Assembly (NCBI GenBank): GCA_030650605.1
Contig: JAUSDP010000020.1
Coordinates: 13,486 to 77,485 of the forward strand
DNA length: 64,000 bases
Reading direction: 5' to 3'
DNA from: a bacterium
GTDB lineage: Bacteria; Patescibacteriota; Minisyncoccia; Phycocordibacterales; Zambryskibacteraceae
The first letter of the stretch is position 1; every line of letters begins with the position of its first letter. The position numbers were made by a program, and so were the translations under genes. This document shows, piece by piece, positions 55,253 to 64,000 of this stretch. The notes beneath the pieces were generated by a model. It was not told where the DNA came from. It ran no database searches and saw only the letters and a list, made by a program, of their open reading frames with translations.

Positions 55253-58200
55253 TCAAGCAGCCAATTTTTCAATCAAATTTGGTTCTTCGCTGGTGCCAAA
55301 AACAATCTCGTTCGCACGATCTCGATGAGACGCCGCCGCAACGAATTTGGCCCCCAGTTTTGTCATCTGCTTCACGATCTCTTCGAGGTTATCCGCAGAA
55401 GTAGTAGCAGACATACGATCACGATTTCCGCTAAATTCCCCACCCTTGACGAGATTCAACAAGTCTTTATTTTCAAAGAACCTTCCTCCTGCAGTTTTAG
55501 TGCCAGGGACTGTAATTTTAACCACACCAAGACGCTGATCAAATGCGATCGTCGTGGTCAAATCCTTACGCCCCAAAAGAGTATGTTCAGCCGGCTCGTC
55601 AGTCCGAATCAAAGCAGATCCGCTGTCACTCTCAGCTACTAAAAATCGAAGATACTCGTAGGCGCATCGTGCGTCCGGCAAATCAATAGGAAAGTTTTTG
55701 ATGTCTTCGATTTTTATTGAAGATTTCACGAACACACCGCGCTGACGTCGACCTTCATCATCCGTATAAACAACCGCTGATCCCAAGTTTTTCTGTGAGG
55801 CGATTTCAGCAGCTCTGAATAAATTCCCTGTCAACGCATTAGTCGAGCGCGTCATAAATCCTTTGGGTGCAGTATCAAACGCATCTTTAGTTTGCCCTTC
55901 TTTATAGCCATAGAGCTCCGTTACTTGAGCAAAGGAAGCATCACTATGCAAATGATAGAACGACACCCGTTCGCATTTGTCTTGCCCAGGAATTGCAACG
56001 AGCGCGACATATTTCCCCAAATTGTGCTCCTGCCCATCTGGCGGGAATTCAACGTCAACTACTACACCTCGTTTATTGCCATCAAGTTTTGTGCTCCATT
56101 CAATCAAATTTCCCGGACAAGTGCGCGTTAGAGCTGTATTCAAAAACTCTTTACGTTCATCGAGTTTTTTAACGATATTATCCTTCTCGCTGCTCATTGC
56201 CTCTTCTACAGTTTTAAACGCGATCGGCAATGCTGCTGCCTTTGCGCGATCTATCGTTTTATTGACAGCAGTCATAAATGGCTTAACATTCAATGTTGGT
56301 TCTGCCCAAGCATAGATTTTTTCTTTTTTCAATCCACGCACAGCAAAACTGGCCACACCAGAAGATACATACGCCTGAACCGTGGCATATCGAATGGGAT
56401 CTCGTTCTTCTTTCCATTCAATAATTGATAAATAGACCGGATGATCAAAAACAGAGTCATACCGTTCTTTTTCAACTCCCACCATTATTTCCGAATGAAC
56501 TATTTTCCCCTTGATATCGAGTTCTCGCGATTTCAAGGGGTTGATACCTTGTTCGTCCAGTTCCTTCAATTGGCGCTCGAATTCATCAGTAACGTCTTTA
56601 ATCACCCGTTTTTGATCTAAAACAGAGAGCAACGCAATTCGCCCAAACAATTTATTGGCGAAATAACATTCATCTTGATTGCGCCCCTCAGTTTCCAGTT
56701 CGCTATCCAATTCGATATCAAGAATTGAGGCAATTTCAGGATTATTCTCTAAGAATTCTTTACACACTTTATTGCCAAATCCATTGAGAAGATCTGGCAC
56801 GTCCACGATTTCCGCTGAGTTCCGTCGATTAGATTGGGTATTTGCTGACAACCTGCGCAATTTTCTATTTTGCATGGCCAGTGGACGGAGTTCAAAAGGT
56901 AATCCGCTCGAAACCGATGTGATCCTTGGAGAGCAAACTTGCCCCTTCCGATTGACTCGCCCAAAGAACTGCACGCGATCATTCACATCCTCTGCAATTT
57001 GCAGTTCAAAAAAATGGCGCTGACGCTGGTCTGCAAATCGTTCAGAAGCATGGGCGGACATTCCTGTCGAACCCGCTTTAGTAAGAATCATTGCATCAGC
57101 CTGACCATTATTAAAGTTGTAGATAGCGTCGAGTCTATAATCTGGCCTCGGCAATACCAGCATATTGTTGTCCGTACCAATTCGAACACTCACCTTACGT
57201 CCAGACACTTCAGACACGCTAAACCCGCCAGATTCAGCTCCAGAACCTTTCGTACCCGCTTCTTCTATTTTTTGAGCTATCGCGTCGATTGGCGATAACG
57301 GTAATGATGGCAAGGCATCGATCAGTGCGGAAATCCGTGCTTCGTTATCTTTGTAATTTTTATGAAAAACGGCAGCGGCGTCAGCGCTCATTCCAGGCGG
57401 GACAATTGTTGTAGCAGAATTTTCGCTAACGTTTCCATAAAAATCTGTCGTTTTAATTGATGACAAACGTCTTAACATTCGCTTTAACACATGACGAAAA
57501 TCAATGATTGGAATTTCTTTCACGCCCTTCATCAAGTTATCAACAGAGTTTTCGGTGAACGCATTTTTTGTTGCAACTTGCGCTGCGCTCACTTCGGCAA
57601 ACAACACATCTTCACCGGGTTCCTCAACATTTAACGTATCACCGCCAATGTTATATAAAGACTCCATTAGTATCTGTTCGTTTGTTTGTTCAAGTGCGAT
57701 CACTGGTTTACGACCCTCACGTATTGCCTTGATCGCTTCATCTGCCACAAAGTCCGTTTTGATTGCCAACGCAAACTGACGCTGCAGGTTATAGAGTCTG
57801 GAACCAAAATTGACGTAATTCACGCCCATGCGCGAACCTTTACGTTGTTCTGGCGAAAGGGTTTCCATGCTATTTTTTATATCTGCCTGCAAGCGATCAA
57901 CCATTATTTTTGACACGTCGCCAGAGAGATACGACATGCCACGCAATATCTCGGAAACCTTGTCTGCTAGCGCTTCATTCCGCTCAACATTTTTTTCATC
58001 AATCAAAACATTGAATTCCAAATCGGACAAATCATGTTCACGACGAATCAGCGCTCCATCCGCAGCTAATTGAGCCGATAAAACCTCTTGCAATGGCTCA
58101 CCACCAATTTCTAAAACGTCCGCTAGCTTGTCCATCGTTACAGATTCAGGAAATGCTTTTGCATACACCTGCATATTTTTCGCGCCTTTGCAGTACGTAG

Positions 58201-60574
58201 CAGATGAATATACGGTACTGCTGGACTCGTTCACTGCGTCAGCAATATTGAAACCAACATTCGATGCACCTGCAGCTTCGTGTGACTCATCCAAAATCAG
58301 CAAGGTGTCCTCACCGCAAACGCGTCTCAGGAACGCAGATTTCTCCGTTCCGAGTCGATTTACCTGCGAGTAAGTGGCGAATAGCAGGTTATATCCCTGC
58401 GTTGTCATCGGATCACTCCCATTCACAATGCGCTTGAACTCAGTCCGAGGTGTCGGCTTAATTGCGACTTCATTATTTTGGTCGAGCACCGGGGTGTCTG
58501 CATTCATTATTAGTGGCGTAAACAAAGAGGTGGAATTGATGTCTTCAACATCACGCCAAAAATCGGTAAACAGATTCGGTTTCTTTGTCATGAATACGAC
58601 CGGTTTGCCAATTAAGGCTGCATAGCGAGCAATACCAGCCAAGGTGCGGCCTTTTCCGATCCCAGTCTGATCACCAAGGATGAATCCACGTCCACCTTCA
58701 AACCGATGAATAGCCAAAGCAATGGCGTCAATTTGTTCGGGCGAGTACGCTTTCAACTCTTCATTTCCAACTTGAAGCTTGTCTTTCACGAAATCGTCCG
58801 TTGACAAACCGGTTTTGAAATTGAAGTTCTCCAACGCCTGTGCAATTGGAGCCTCTAAATTGCGCGGCACCATCGTCGATGCCTCGCCAGTTTTTGATTG
58901 TGAAATATAAGGTGCCTGAAATTCATTTATTTTGAATTCCTCTTTTTTAGGCTCATCGACAATTTCAGCATCACCGCCAGGTACAGGATTAATCAGATCG
59001 TTTTCGTCGACGCCAAACAAATCGATTTCAGGAATATCACCTCCTGCGCCCATATCGTCTTTTTCATTCATCACATTTAGAACGCCTATCATGTGATTCC
59101 ACGCTTCTGACCACGTACGTACGACCGGCAACTTCTCTGAGATGATTTTGTCGTTGATATGAAATATCGTGTCACCAATCTGTATTTCTGGTTCTTTGAA
59201 TCTTGCAGCTGCGTCTTCGGCATGACGGCGACGGCCGATCGAGATCATTCTCGTCGGGAATTCGGCACCCTGTTTTGCATACAAACGACCGTCAAACTCT
59301 GTAATATCTTCAATTTCATAGTGATCAGAAAGCCACTTAAAAAACGTTCGCGATGATCCATGGATTTCACCTGCGTTTTTCTCGAATTTATTTTCGTTGT
59401 CGGCACCCACGATGAAAATACCCCGACCTTCATCAATTCGTTGTGAGAGTGCGTGCAAGACTATCTGATAGTCAAGACGATGTACTTGCAATTTATCGAC
59501 TGTAATCACTTTATCCAACCCGCCAAATGGGGGATTAGCAATAACTGCGTCTACTTGCAAAGGGGCTTTGTTATAGAGCGTATTCCCTTCAATTACTTGC
59601 ATATTTGCGCGGAGTTGGTTCACTTGCGCGACACGTTTAGGGTCAATCTCAAATCCGAAAATCTTTGCTGATTCTGGCAGACTCATCACTAACGAACCGT
59701 TACCTATTGTCGGCTCAAGCACGCTCTTTTCTTCCATTGAACCGAGAAGCATCTGTGCCAGGATTGACATCGGCAATGGTGTTGAATATTGTTGATTGAT
59801 AACTGACGTAGAACTACGAAAGTTCAATGCTGGCTGATTCTCGTTGAGCTTTACAGCGAACGTAAAGGCATTTTCGTCTACGCCGGGCATGCCGTGCTGC
59901 TTGCGTTGAAGCGCTGCTTCTACGGCCTCCTGTACGTGCCTTAAACGGATGTCATCAAGACGCATGAAACCTGATTCACTTGAAACCACAGACGCAAATC
60001 GCCGAAGATCGTTTGAACGCAGTACCTCGCCATTCACCATGCGCAAGACAAATCCATCAGCACATAAAGCTAAATTTTTTTCATCAGCCGCACGCAGGAA
60101 TACAGCTGGATCTACAACAGATGCGCTTTCGCGAATGGCGCGGCCTTCATTGTCTTTGACAAACCGACCCGTCTCACCTTCAAAAACATTTTGCCCAAGA
60201 TAATTGAGCCCAACAGGCGCCACATCTCGCAAATCACTAGAGGCTGACTTTGTGTCATCCTCTGTTTTAGCTCTCATGAATACTTGATTTTGAGCCATCT
60301 TAATTGGGATAGCTCGCGGAAAAATCACACGAATAGTTGGCATGGATAACTTCTCGCCAGCTTTGAGCGGGCGCATAAGATACTTTCCGCTCCTGGAAAC
60401 GGAGTATCCAGATTCTTGGGCTGTAGACCATTCATTCATTGCTGAGGTCAATCCAGAAATCACCATCGCGGTTTCGCCCGAGGGCAATTTAGTTACGAAT
60501 AATTTGGCGGAGTGATGCTTCGTATCAATCCAATCCATCATTGGAATTGCTGGTTTTGTCGCTTGAACTGACAT
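55253..60574 (-). CDS. N6-adenine methyltransferase fused to a strawberry-notch-like SF2 helicase (DarB-like)
   Basis: QQYSTP, VLEPTIGNG and ANPPF (MTase); GDQTGIGKGR, ILDESH, YSSAT, GSTGMSAHA and QFFGRVNR (helicase). Confidence 0.9.
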   Translation of the reverse strand: MSVQATKPAIPMMDWIDTKHHSAKLFVTKLPSGETAMVISGLTSAMNEWSTAQESGYSVSRSGKYLMRPLKAGEKLSMPTIRVIFPRAIPIKMAQNQVFMRAKTEDDTKSASSDLRDVAPVGLNYLGQNVFEGETGRFVKDNEGRAIRESASVVDPAVFLRAADEKNLALCADGFVLRMVNGEVLRSNDLRRFASVVSSESGFMRLDDIRLRHVQEAVEAALQRKQHGMPGVDENAFTFAVKLNENQPALNFRSSTSVINQQYSTPLPMSILAQMLLGSMEEKSVLEPTIGNGSLVMSLPESAKIFGFEIDPKRVAQVNQLRANMQVIEGNTLYNKAPLQVDAVIANPPFGGLDKVITVDKLQVHRLDYQIVLHALSQRIDEGRGIFIVGADNENKFEKNAGEIHGSSRTFFKWLSDHYEIEDITEFDGRLYAKQGAEFPTRMISIGRRRHAEDAAARFKEPEIQIGDTIFHINDKIISEKLPVVRTWSEAWNHMIGVLNVMNEKDDMGAGGDIPEIDLFGVDENDLINPVPGGDAEIVDEPKKEEFKINEFQAPYISQSKTGEASTMVPRNLEAPIAQALENFNFKTGLSTDDFVKDKLQVGNEELKAYSPEQIDAIALAIHRFEGGRGFILGDQTGIGKGRTLAGIARYAALIGKPVVFMTKKPNLFTDFWRDVEDINSTSLFTPLIMNADTPVLDQNNEVAIKPTPRTEFKRIVNGSDPMTTQGYNLLFATYSQVNRLGTEKSAFLRRVCGEDTLLILDESHEAAGASNVGFNIADAVNESSSTVYSSATYCKGAKNMQVYAKAFPESVTMDKLADVLEIGGEPLQEVLSAQLAADGALIRREHDLSDLEFNVLIDEKNVERNEALADKVSEILRGMSYLSGDVSKIMVDRLQADIKNSMETLSPEQRKGSRMGVNYVNFGSRLYNLQRQFALAIKTDFVADEAIKAIREGRKPVIALEQTNEQILMESLYNIGGDTLNVEEPGEDVLFAEVSAAQVATKNAFTENSVDNLMKGVKEIPIIDFRHVLKRMLRRLSSIKTTDFYGNVSENSATTIVPPGMSADAAAVFHKNYKDNEARISALIDALPSLPLSPIDAIAQKIEEAGTKGSGAESGGFSVSEVSGRKVSVRIGTDNNMLVLPRPDYRLDAIYNFNNGQADAMILTKAGSTGMSAHASERFADQRQRHFFELQIAEDVNDRVQFFGRVNRKGQVCSPRITSVSSGLPFELRPLAMQNRKLRRLSANTQSNRRNSAEIVDVPDLLNGFGNKVCKEFLENNPEIASILDIELDSELETEGRNQDECYFANKLFGRIALLSVLDQKRVIKDVTDEFERQLKELDEQGINPLKSRELDIKGKIVHSEIMVGVEKERYDSVFDHPVYLSIIEWKEERDPIRYATVQAYVSSGVASFAVRGLKKEKIYAWAEPTLNVKPFMTAVNKTIDRAKAAALPIAFKTVEEAMSSEKDNIVKKLDERKEFLNTALTRTCPGNLIEWSTKLDGNKRGVVVDVEFPPDGQEHNLGKYVALVAIPGQDKCERVSFYHLHSDASFAQVTELYGYKEGQTKDAFDTAPKGFMTRSTNALTGNLFRAAEIASQKNLGSAVVYTDDEGRRQRGVFVKSSIKIEDIKNFPIDLPDARCAYEYLRFLVAESDSGSALIRTDEPAEHTLLGRKDLTTTIAFDQRLGVVKITVPGTKTAGGRFFENKDLLNLVKGGEFSGNRDRMSATTSADNLEEIVKQMTKLGAKFVAAASHRDRANEIVFGTSEEPNLIEKLAA

Positions 60575-60615
60575 GATTGGTTCCTATTATTTATAACTAA
60601 ACTAAATTTTTGTCG

Positions 60616-60647
60616 AAAAAAAGCGCACTCTGAAGTGCGCTTTTTTT
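60616..60647. terminator. intrinsic terminator
   Basis: AAAAAAAGCGCACT-ctga-AGTGCGCTTTTTTT. Confidence 0.85.
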
Positions 60648-60664
60648 ACTTGTTACGTCAACGA

Positions 60665-61519
60665 TTACTTGGCACCAGGTACGGCCGCCGCAGGGTCAAT
60701 TGAAAATTCACCATCTTCATAACTGGCACCACCTTCATCAGATTCTGACGCGACATGATGCTGGTCGGACTCTTCATGTTCTGCTGCTGTCGTTTTGTAG
60801 TGAGCCTCAATGCGCCCCAAAATTTCTTTAAAGTAGCTGATGCCAACAGATTTGCGAGCCTTCGCAAACATTTCTTTGTTTTCTGCGCGTTTGAAATCAG
60901 CACCTTCGAGTTTCGCGTATTTTTCGTCCACTAAAACTTTCACAACATCGTAATGCTTGACGCCTTCGGCGACTTTGACTTCAAGCCCATTCTGTTTGAC
61001 CGAAACATTGTGTTTGGCATACAGCGGACCATCTGGATCTTTTGGATTTGCTTCGAGTGATGACCACGCGCCGATTTCGACTTCTTCGCCAGGGATCGCA
61101 TATTCGAGTTTTTGGATGAGTTTTTGTGCGAGGTCGCTACCCATGTCTAAAGTCAGGATGGTATTTTCCTTCACTCCACCGACTTCGTCTTGTAAGAAAA
61201 CACGCAAGTTTTCGTATTTGTTTTTTGTAGCTGGATCTTCGTTTTCACGGTAAAAGACATTTTTCAATTTGCCAGAGATGCTAAAACCGACTGGAACTTT
61301 GGCTTCTTTCAGATGCTTGCGAGCCTTGGCTGTCGCTGAATCTGTGCCCAAGCCGGAAAAAGATTTCTTTACAACGGCCTCGCCGACCAGAGCTTTTGCA
61401 TCTGCGTAGGCTTTTTTGTTTGCCGCAGTTTCTAACGTAAGCGAACCAAGGAAGCTGGAAAAGCCTACATAGTTAGTTGTCGTACCTTCACCAGAATTTG
61501 TGTTAATTGCCATTTTCAT
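60665..61519 (-). CDS. hypothetical protein with acidic C-terminus (possible ssDNA-binding protein)
   Basis: AGGAG RBS before MKMAINT; own terminator; acidic tail. Confidence 0.7.
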   Translation of the reverse strand: MKMAINTNSGEGTTTNYVGFSSFLGSLTLETAANKKAYADAKALVGEAVVKKSFSGLGTDSATAKARKHLKEAKVPVGFSISGKLKNVFYRENEDPATKNKYENLRVFLQDEVGGVKENTILTLDMGSDLAQKLIQKLEYAIPGEEVEIGAWSSLEANPKDPDGPLYAKHNVSVKQNGLEVKVAEGVKHYDVVKVLVDEKYAKLEGADFKRAENKEMFAKARKSVGISYFKEILGRIEAHYKTTAAEHEESDQHHVASESDEGGASYEDGEFSIDPAAAVPGAK

Positions 61520-61887
61520 ACTCCTATAGGATTTCAAAGTTAATTTTTTGCCGCCCAACTCGCAGACATCTTCAACTTGCCACGCCTGCTCGTTGTGCGG
61601 CTTTCAACGACAGGATTACTACCATGCAATCAAAACATCTTTCGTTTAGATATACATTTACGAACTAATATAACCGTTTGCAATCCACTCTGCAAGTTTT
61701 TTTGCAACGATCCATAAATTATTTTTGAATCGATTCATAATTAAACAAATGAGATGGGGCCCGCTCGGCATTAAATGTCGTTAGCGGCGAGCATCGAGCA
61801 GTTTTTCGGCTTTTTATGTTGTTTGTTTAAATCCGTGTCTTGGGGGCGCCAGCAACCTCGTATTACAGCTGGCACCAAAACGAAATA

Positions 61888-62139
61888 TTAGTGATTTTGG
61901 TATGCAAGCCGCGCCGCATCAATCCCATCTCCGACATTGATTCCGTCACCATTTTCCCAACCAACAAAAGAAGGTTGAGTGCAACCGGTCAGGAGTGTTG
62001 AAACTTGACGAATGTATTCGCGGGCCAGTTGCAACTCAATGCAAATCGAAACCAAGTCATCGTTTGTGAGTTGCTCAGTGCATCCAGTGGCGGCCGTTTC
62101 CAGCGCTACATCATTTATTTTCGTCACGATAAACCTCAT
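61888..62139 (-). CDS. hypothetical protein
   Basis: 83-aa ORF. Confidence 0.45.
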   Translation of the reverse strand: MRFIVTKINDVALETAATGCTEQLTNDDLVSICIELQLAREYIRQVSTLLTGCTQPSFVGWENGDGINVGDGIDAARLAYQNH

Positions 62140-62154
62140 TAGTAGTAAATGGCA

Positions 62155-62553
62155 TTAGTGGCAAGATGTCTCTGACATCAGTAATGGTGTTTTATGATGC
62201 GCGGTTTGCGCCGAAAAAAAGCTACCCGAACATATAACGGTCTTACCTAGGAAGGGACGTAAAGATTTGTAAGTGGATCTACCATTTAGTACCAATTGAA
62301 CCGAGGATATATTCCTCTGCGCCGGCTCCGAATAATGTTCCATTTTTTGCTCCAAAATGCAGACTGGCCGTGGAAGCACAAGAATGAAATACGTTTCCTC
62401 TTCATCTCCAGCTTCGATACTTTCATAATTTGGACGGCCAGGGTATGTCACTGATTTCAACCTTCCTGTGAGTACACCTTCGCTATAACTGAGACAGTTA
62501 TGCGCAAAAGACAGGACCGGAAATAGCAATTGAAGGATAAAAAAATATTTCAT
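62155..62553 (-). CDS. exported DUF4431-like protein
   Basis: Signal peptide; CLSY...YPGRPNYESIEAGDEEE...AQTAHHKTP. Confidence 0.7.
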   Translation of the reverse strand: MKYFFILQLLFPVLSFAHNCLSYSEGVLTGRLKSVTYPGRPNYESIEAGDEEETYFILVLPRPVCILEQKMEHYSEPAQRNISSVQLVLNGRSTYKSLRPFLGKTVICSGSFFSAQTAHHKTPLLMSETSCH

Positions 62554-62655
62554 TTATAGATACGTTGCGACGGTATCCCGTCAGCTATTCGGTTTAAAGT
62601 CCAATTCGGATCGAGTCACTCTCACTATTAAGTCAAAATCTAGTGCATCCATTAT

Positions 62656-63549
62656 TCACTTATGCTCGTAAGATCGATGCACCGGAGGGATTTTGTACGT
62701 CTGGTAGTCCCATATCCCAAGAATTCTCCCGAGGTCTTTAAAGAGCAAAAAACGCTCCAAATGGTAGTCTGTCAAACTATGAGAAGCGTTTGGATTTTCA
62801 AATATTTGACACGCCAAATTAACAGCAAAATCTTTCCGCTTGCAGTATTCAGAGAGTAAAACGAACGATCTCTCCATGTGTGATGAACTCGTAACCAGAC
62901 AAATCCCTTTGGTGGAGTGCTTCTCCCAAATGTCCATTGATAAAATAATGCTCTCAACGGTGTCCCTGGATTTATCTTCAACGATGATATCCTCTGCAGC
63001 GACACCATGCGCCATCAACCAATGCCGCATAACTTCGGCTTCAGTAATCCCTTTAGCTATACCTCCTCCGGAGACAATCACTTTCAATTCCGGATTATTT
63101 TGATACAGCTGGCGAGTAACTTCCAAACGCCCCAATAACTCTACAGATGGCTCAGCATTTGGGCTAAGTACGTTTGCCAGCACCAAGATGAAATCAACAG
63201 CGTGCAACTGTTGATCGATGTTGAAATTTGCCTCTGTCACACTCATGAATTTACGTGCTAACTCGGTGAGCTTACTGTGAGGAAGATACGTCGCCAAGTC
63301 CGATAGCAATATGTTAGCAACCGCAGGCGTTTTAATCCATGTTTCCCGCTGCAATAGGCGTCCATCGACAAGCCATGCCAGCCGACTAATGGGATCAATC
63401 ATTCGATCATTTTGACTAAAACTTGACTGCAAAGCGCGTAATGATTGCATGTCTTCAAACGCAATAATTTTGGCGGCCTCATTAAGTTGCCATTTTAAAG
63501 AATCTATATTGACAGGCTTTTTTTTCTTGAACATTTCAAGCAAATTCAT
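62656..63549 (-). CDS. YdcF/DUF218 (ElyC/SanA-like) protein
   Basis: VSGG...TEAEVM...G...IIVEDKSRDT...LVTSSSHMER. Confidence 0.85.
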   Translation of the reverse strand: MNLLEMFKKKKPVNIDSLKWQLNEAAKIIAFEDMQSLRALQSSFSQNDRMIDPISRLAWLVDGRLLQRETWIKTPAVANILLSDLATYLPHSKLTELARKFMSVTEANFNIDQQLHAVDFILVLANVLSPNAEPSVELLGRLEVTRQLYQNNPELKVIVSGGGIAKGITEAEVMRHWLMAHGVAAEDIIVEDKSRDTVESIILSMDIWEKHSTKGICLVTSSSHMERSFVLLSEYCKRKDFAVNLACQIFENPNASHSLTDYHLERFLLFKDLGRILGIWDYQTYKIPPVHRSYEHK

Positions 63550-63604
63550 ATTTTTCCTTTAGGACTTTAGGCAAGACACGTGATAGTTTTACTAGGATCT
63601 AATA

Positions 63605-64000
63605 TCAAGCGACCATCAAATGCTTTTCGGCGTAAACGCACACCTCTGCGGCCATCACGTCGAGCAATCCCAAATCGTCTTTACTGTCAAACGTGAGGGA
63701 TCTCTTTTCGAAGTCTCGCTGGCAAGATCCTGCTGGATAGATTGCCGATAAAGCCTGTCTCGCGAACTTGCCAGGCAATTTTTCGTAGACGCGTTTGCGC
63801 AACCCCATGTCTTGGGCTGTAGTGGTCAATGCCCAAAGTTCAAGGGGAGACGCAGTATTCACCAAAAGCTGCTCGATCGTTCCTAATTTGGTTTTATACA
63901 GAACTAAGAATGGCGCACCTGTTGGCGTTGGGCCCAAGCATTCGTATTTAAACCGCTCCAACGCAGTTGCGGAAAATCCAAAACGTAAGCGAAGCTCTTC
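63605..64000 (-). CDS. IcmB/DotO/TraU-type T4BSS ATPase, C-terminal end (5' part outside window)
   Basis: Frame open to 64000; GAPFL...SPLELWALTTTAQDMGLR...ARQALSAIYPAGS typical of the IcmB/TraU C-terminus. Confidence 0.75.
   Translation of the reverse strand, partial: EELRLRFGFSATALERFKYECLGPTPTGAPFLVLYKTKLGTIEQLLVNTASPLELWALTTTAQDMGLRKRVYEKLPGKFARQALSAIYPAGSCQRDFEKRSLTFDSKDDLGLLDVMAAEVCVYAEKHLMVA

Noticed and set aside
1-64000. tRNA/rRNA genes, transposases, integrases, prophage structural genes
   Set aside because: None recognised; phage-like small genes occur without structural or lysis genes, so no prophage or IS is called

Overview
This window looks like part of a large conjugative plasmid or ICE of the IncI / Dot-Icm (type IVB) class. 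It encodes DotA/TraY, a TraW-like protein and the 3' end of an IcmB/TraU ATPase. A proteobacterial, possibly betaproteobacterial, host is my inference. Most genes run on the minus strand and resemble plasmid leading-region or establishment cargo: ArdC, an LPD5-LPD1 polyvalent protein, a 1773-aa methylase/strawberry-notch helicase, RdgC, an HD hydrolase, a thermonuclease and many small hypothetical proteins. The centrepiece is a type IV-A CRISPR-Cas locus (csf5-csf1-csf2-csf3 plus divergent casDinG). Unusually, it carries its own translationally coupled I-E-type cas1-cas2, an E. coli-like leader with an IHF-like site overlapping cas2, and a 6-repeat/5-spacer array. Its Cas1 differs at the PAM-pocket positions, and the first spacer base is variable. 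Two HipBA-like modules follow. Other notable items: (1) a DNA topoisomerase III encoded as two intact ORFs 16.4 kb apart, with an in-frame relic direct repeat at the split point; (2) a shared acidic + S/G-P-R/K C-terminal tail on about 14 unrelated proteins, a candidate T4SS transfer signal; (3) several families of repeated promoter/operator motifs; (4) a palindrome-rich intergenic region with a consensus SOS box. All family calls come from motif recognition by eye; no database searches were run.
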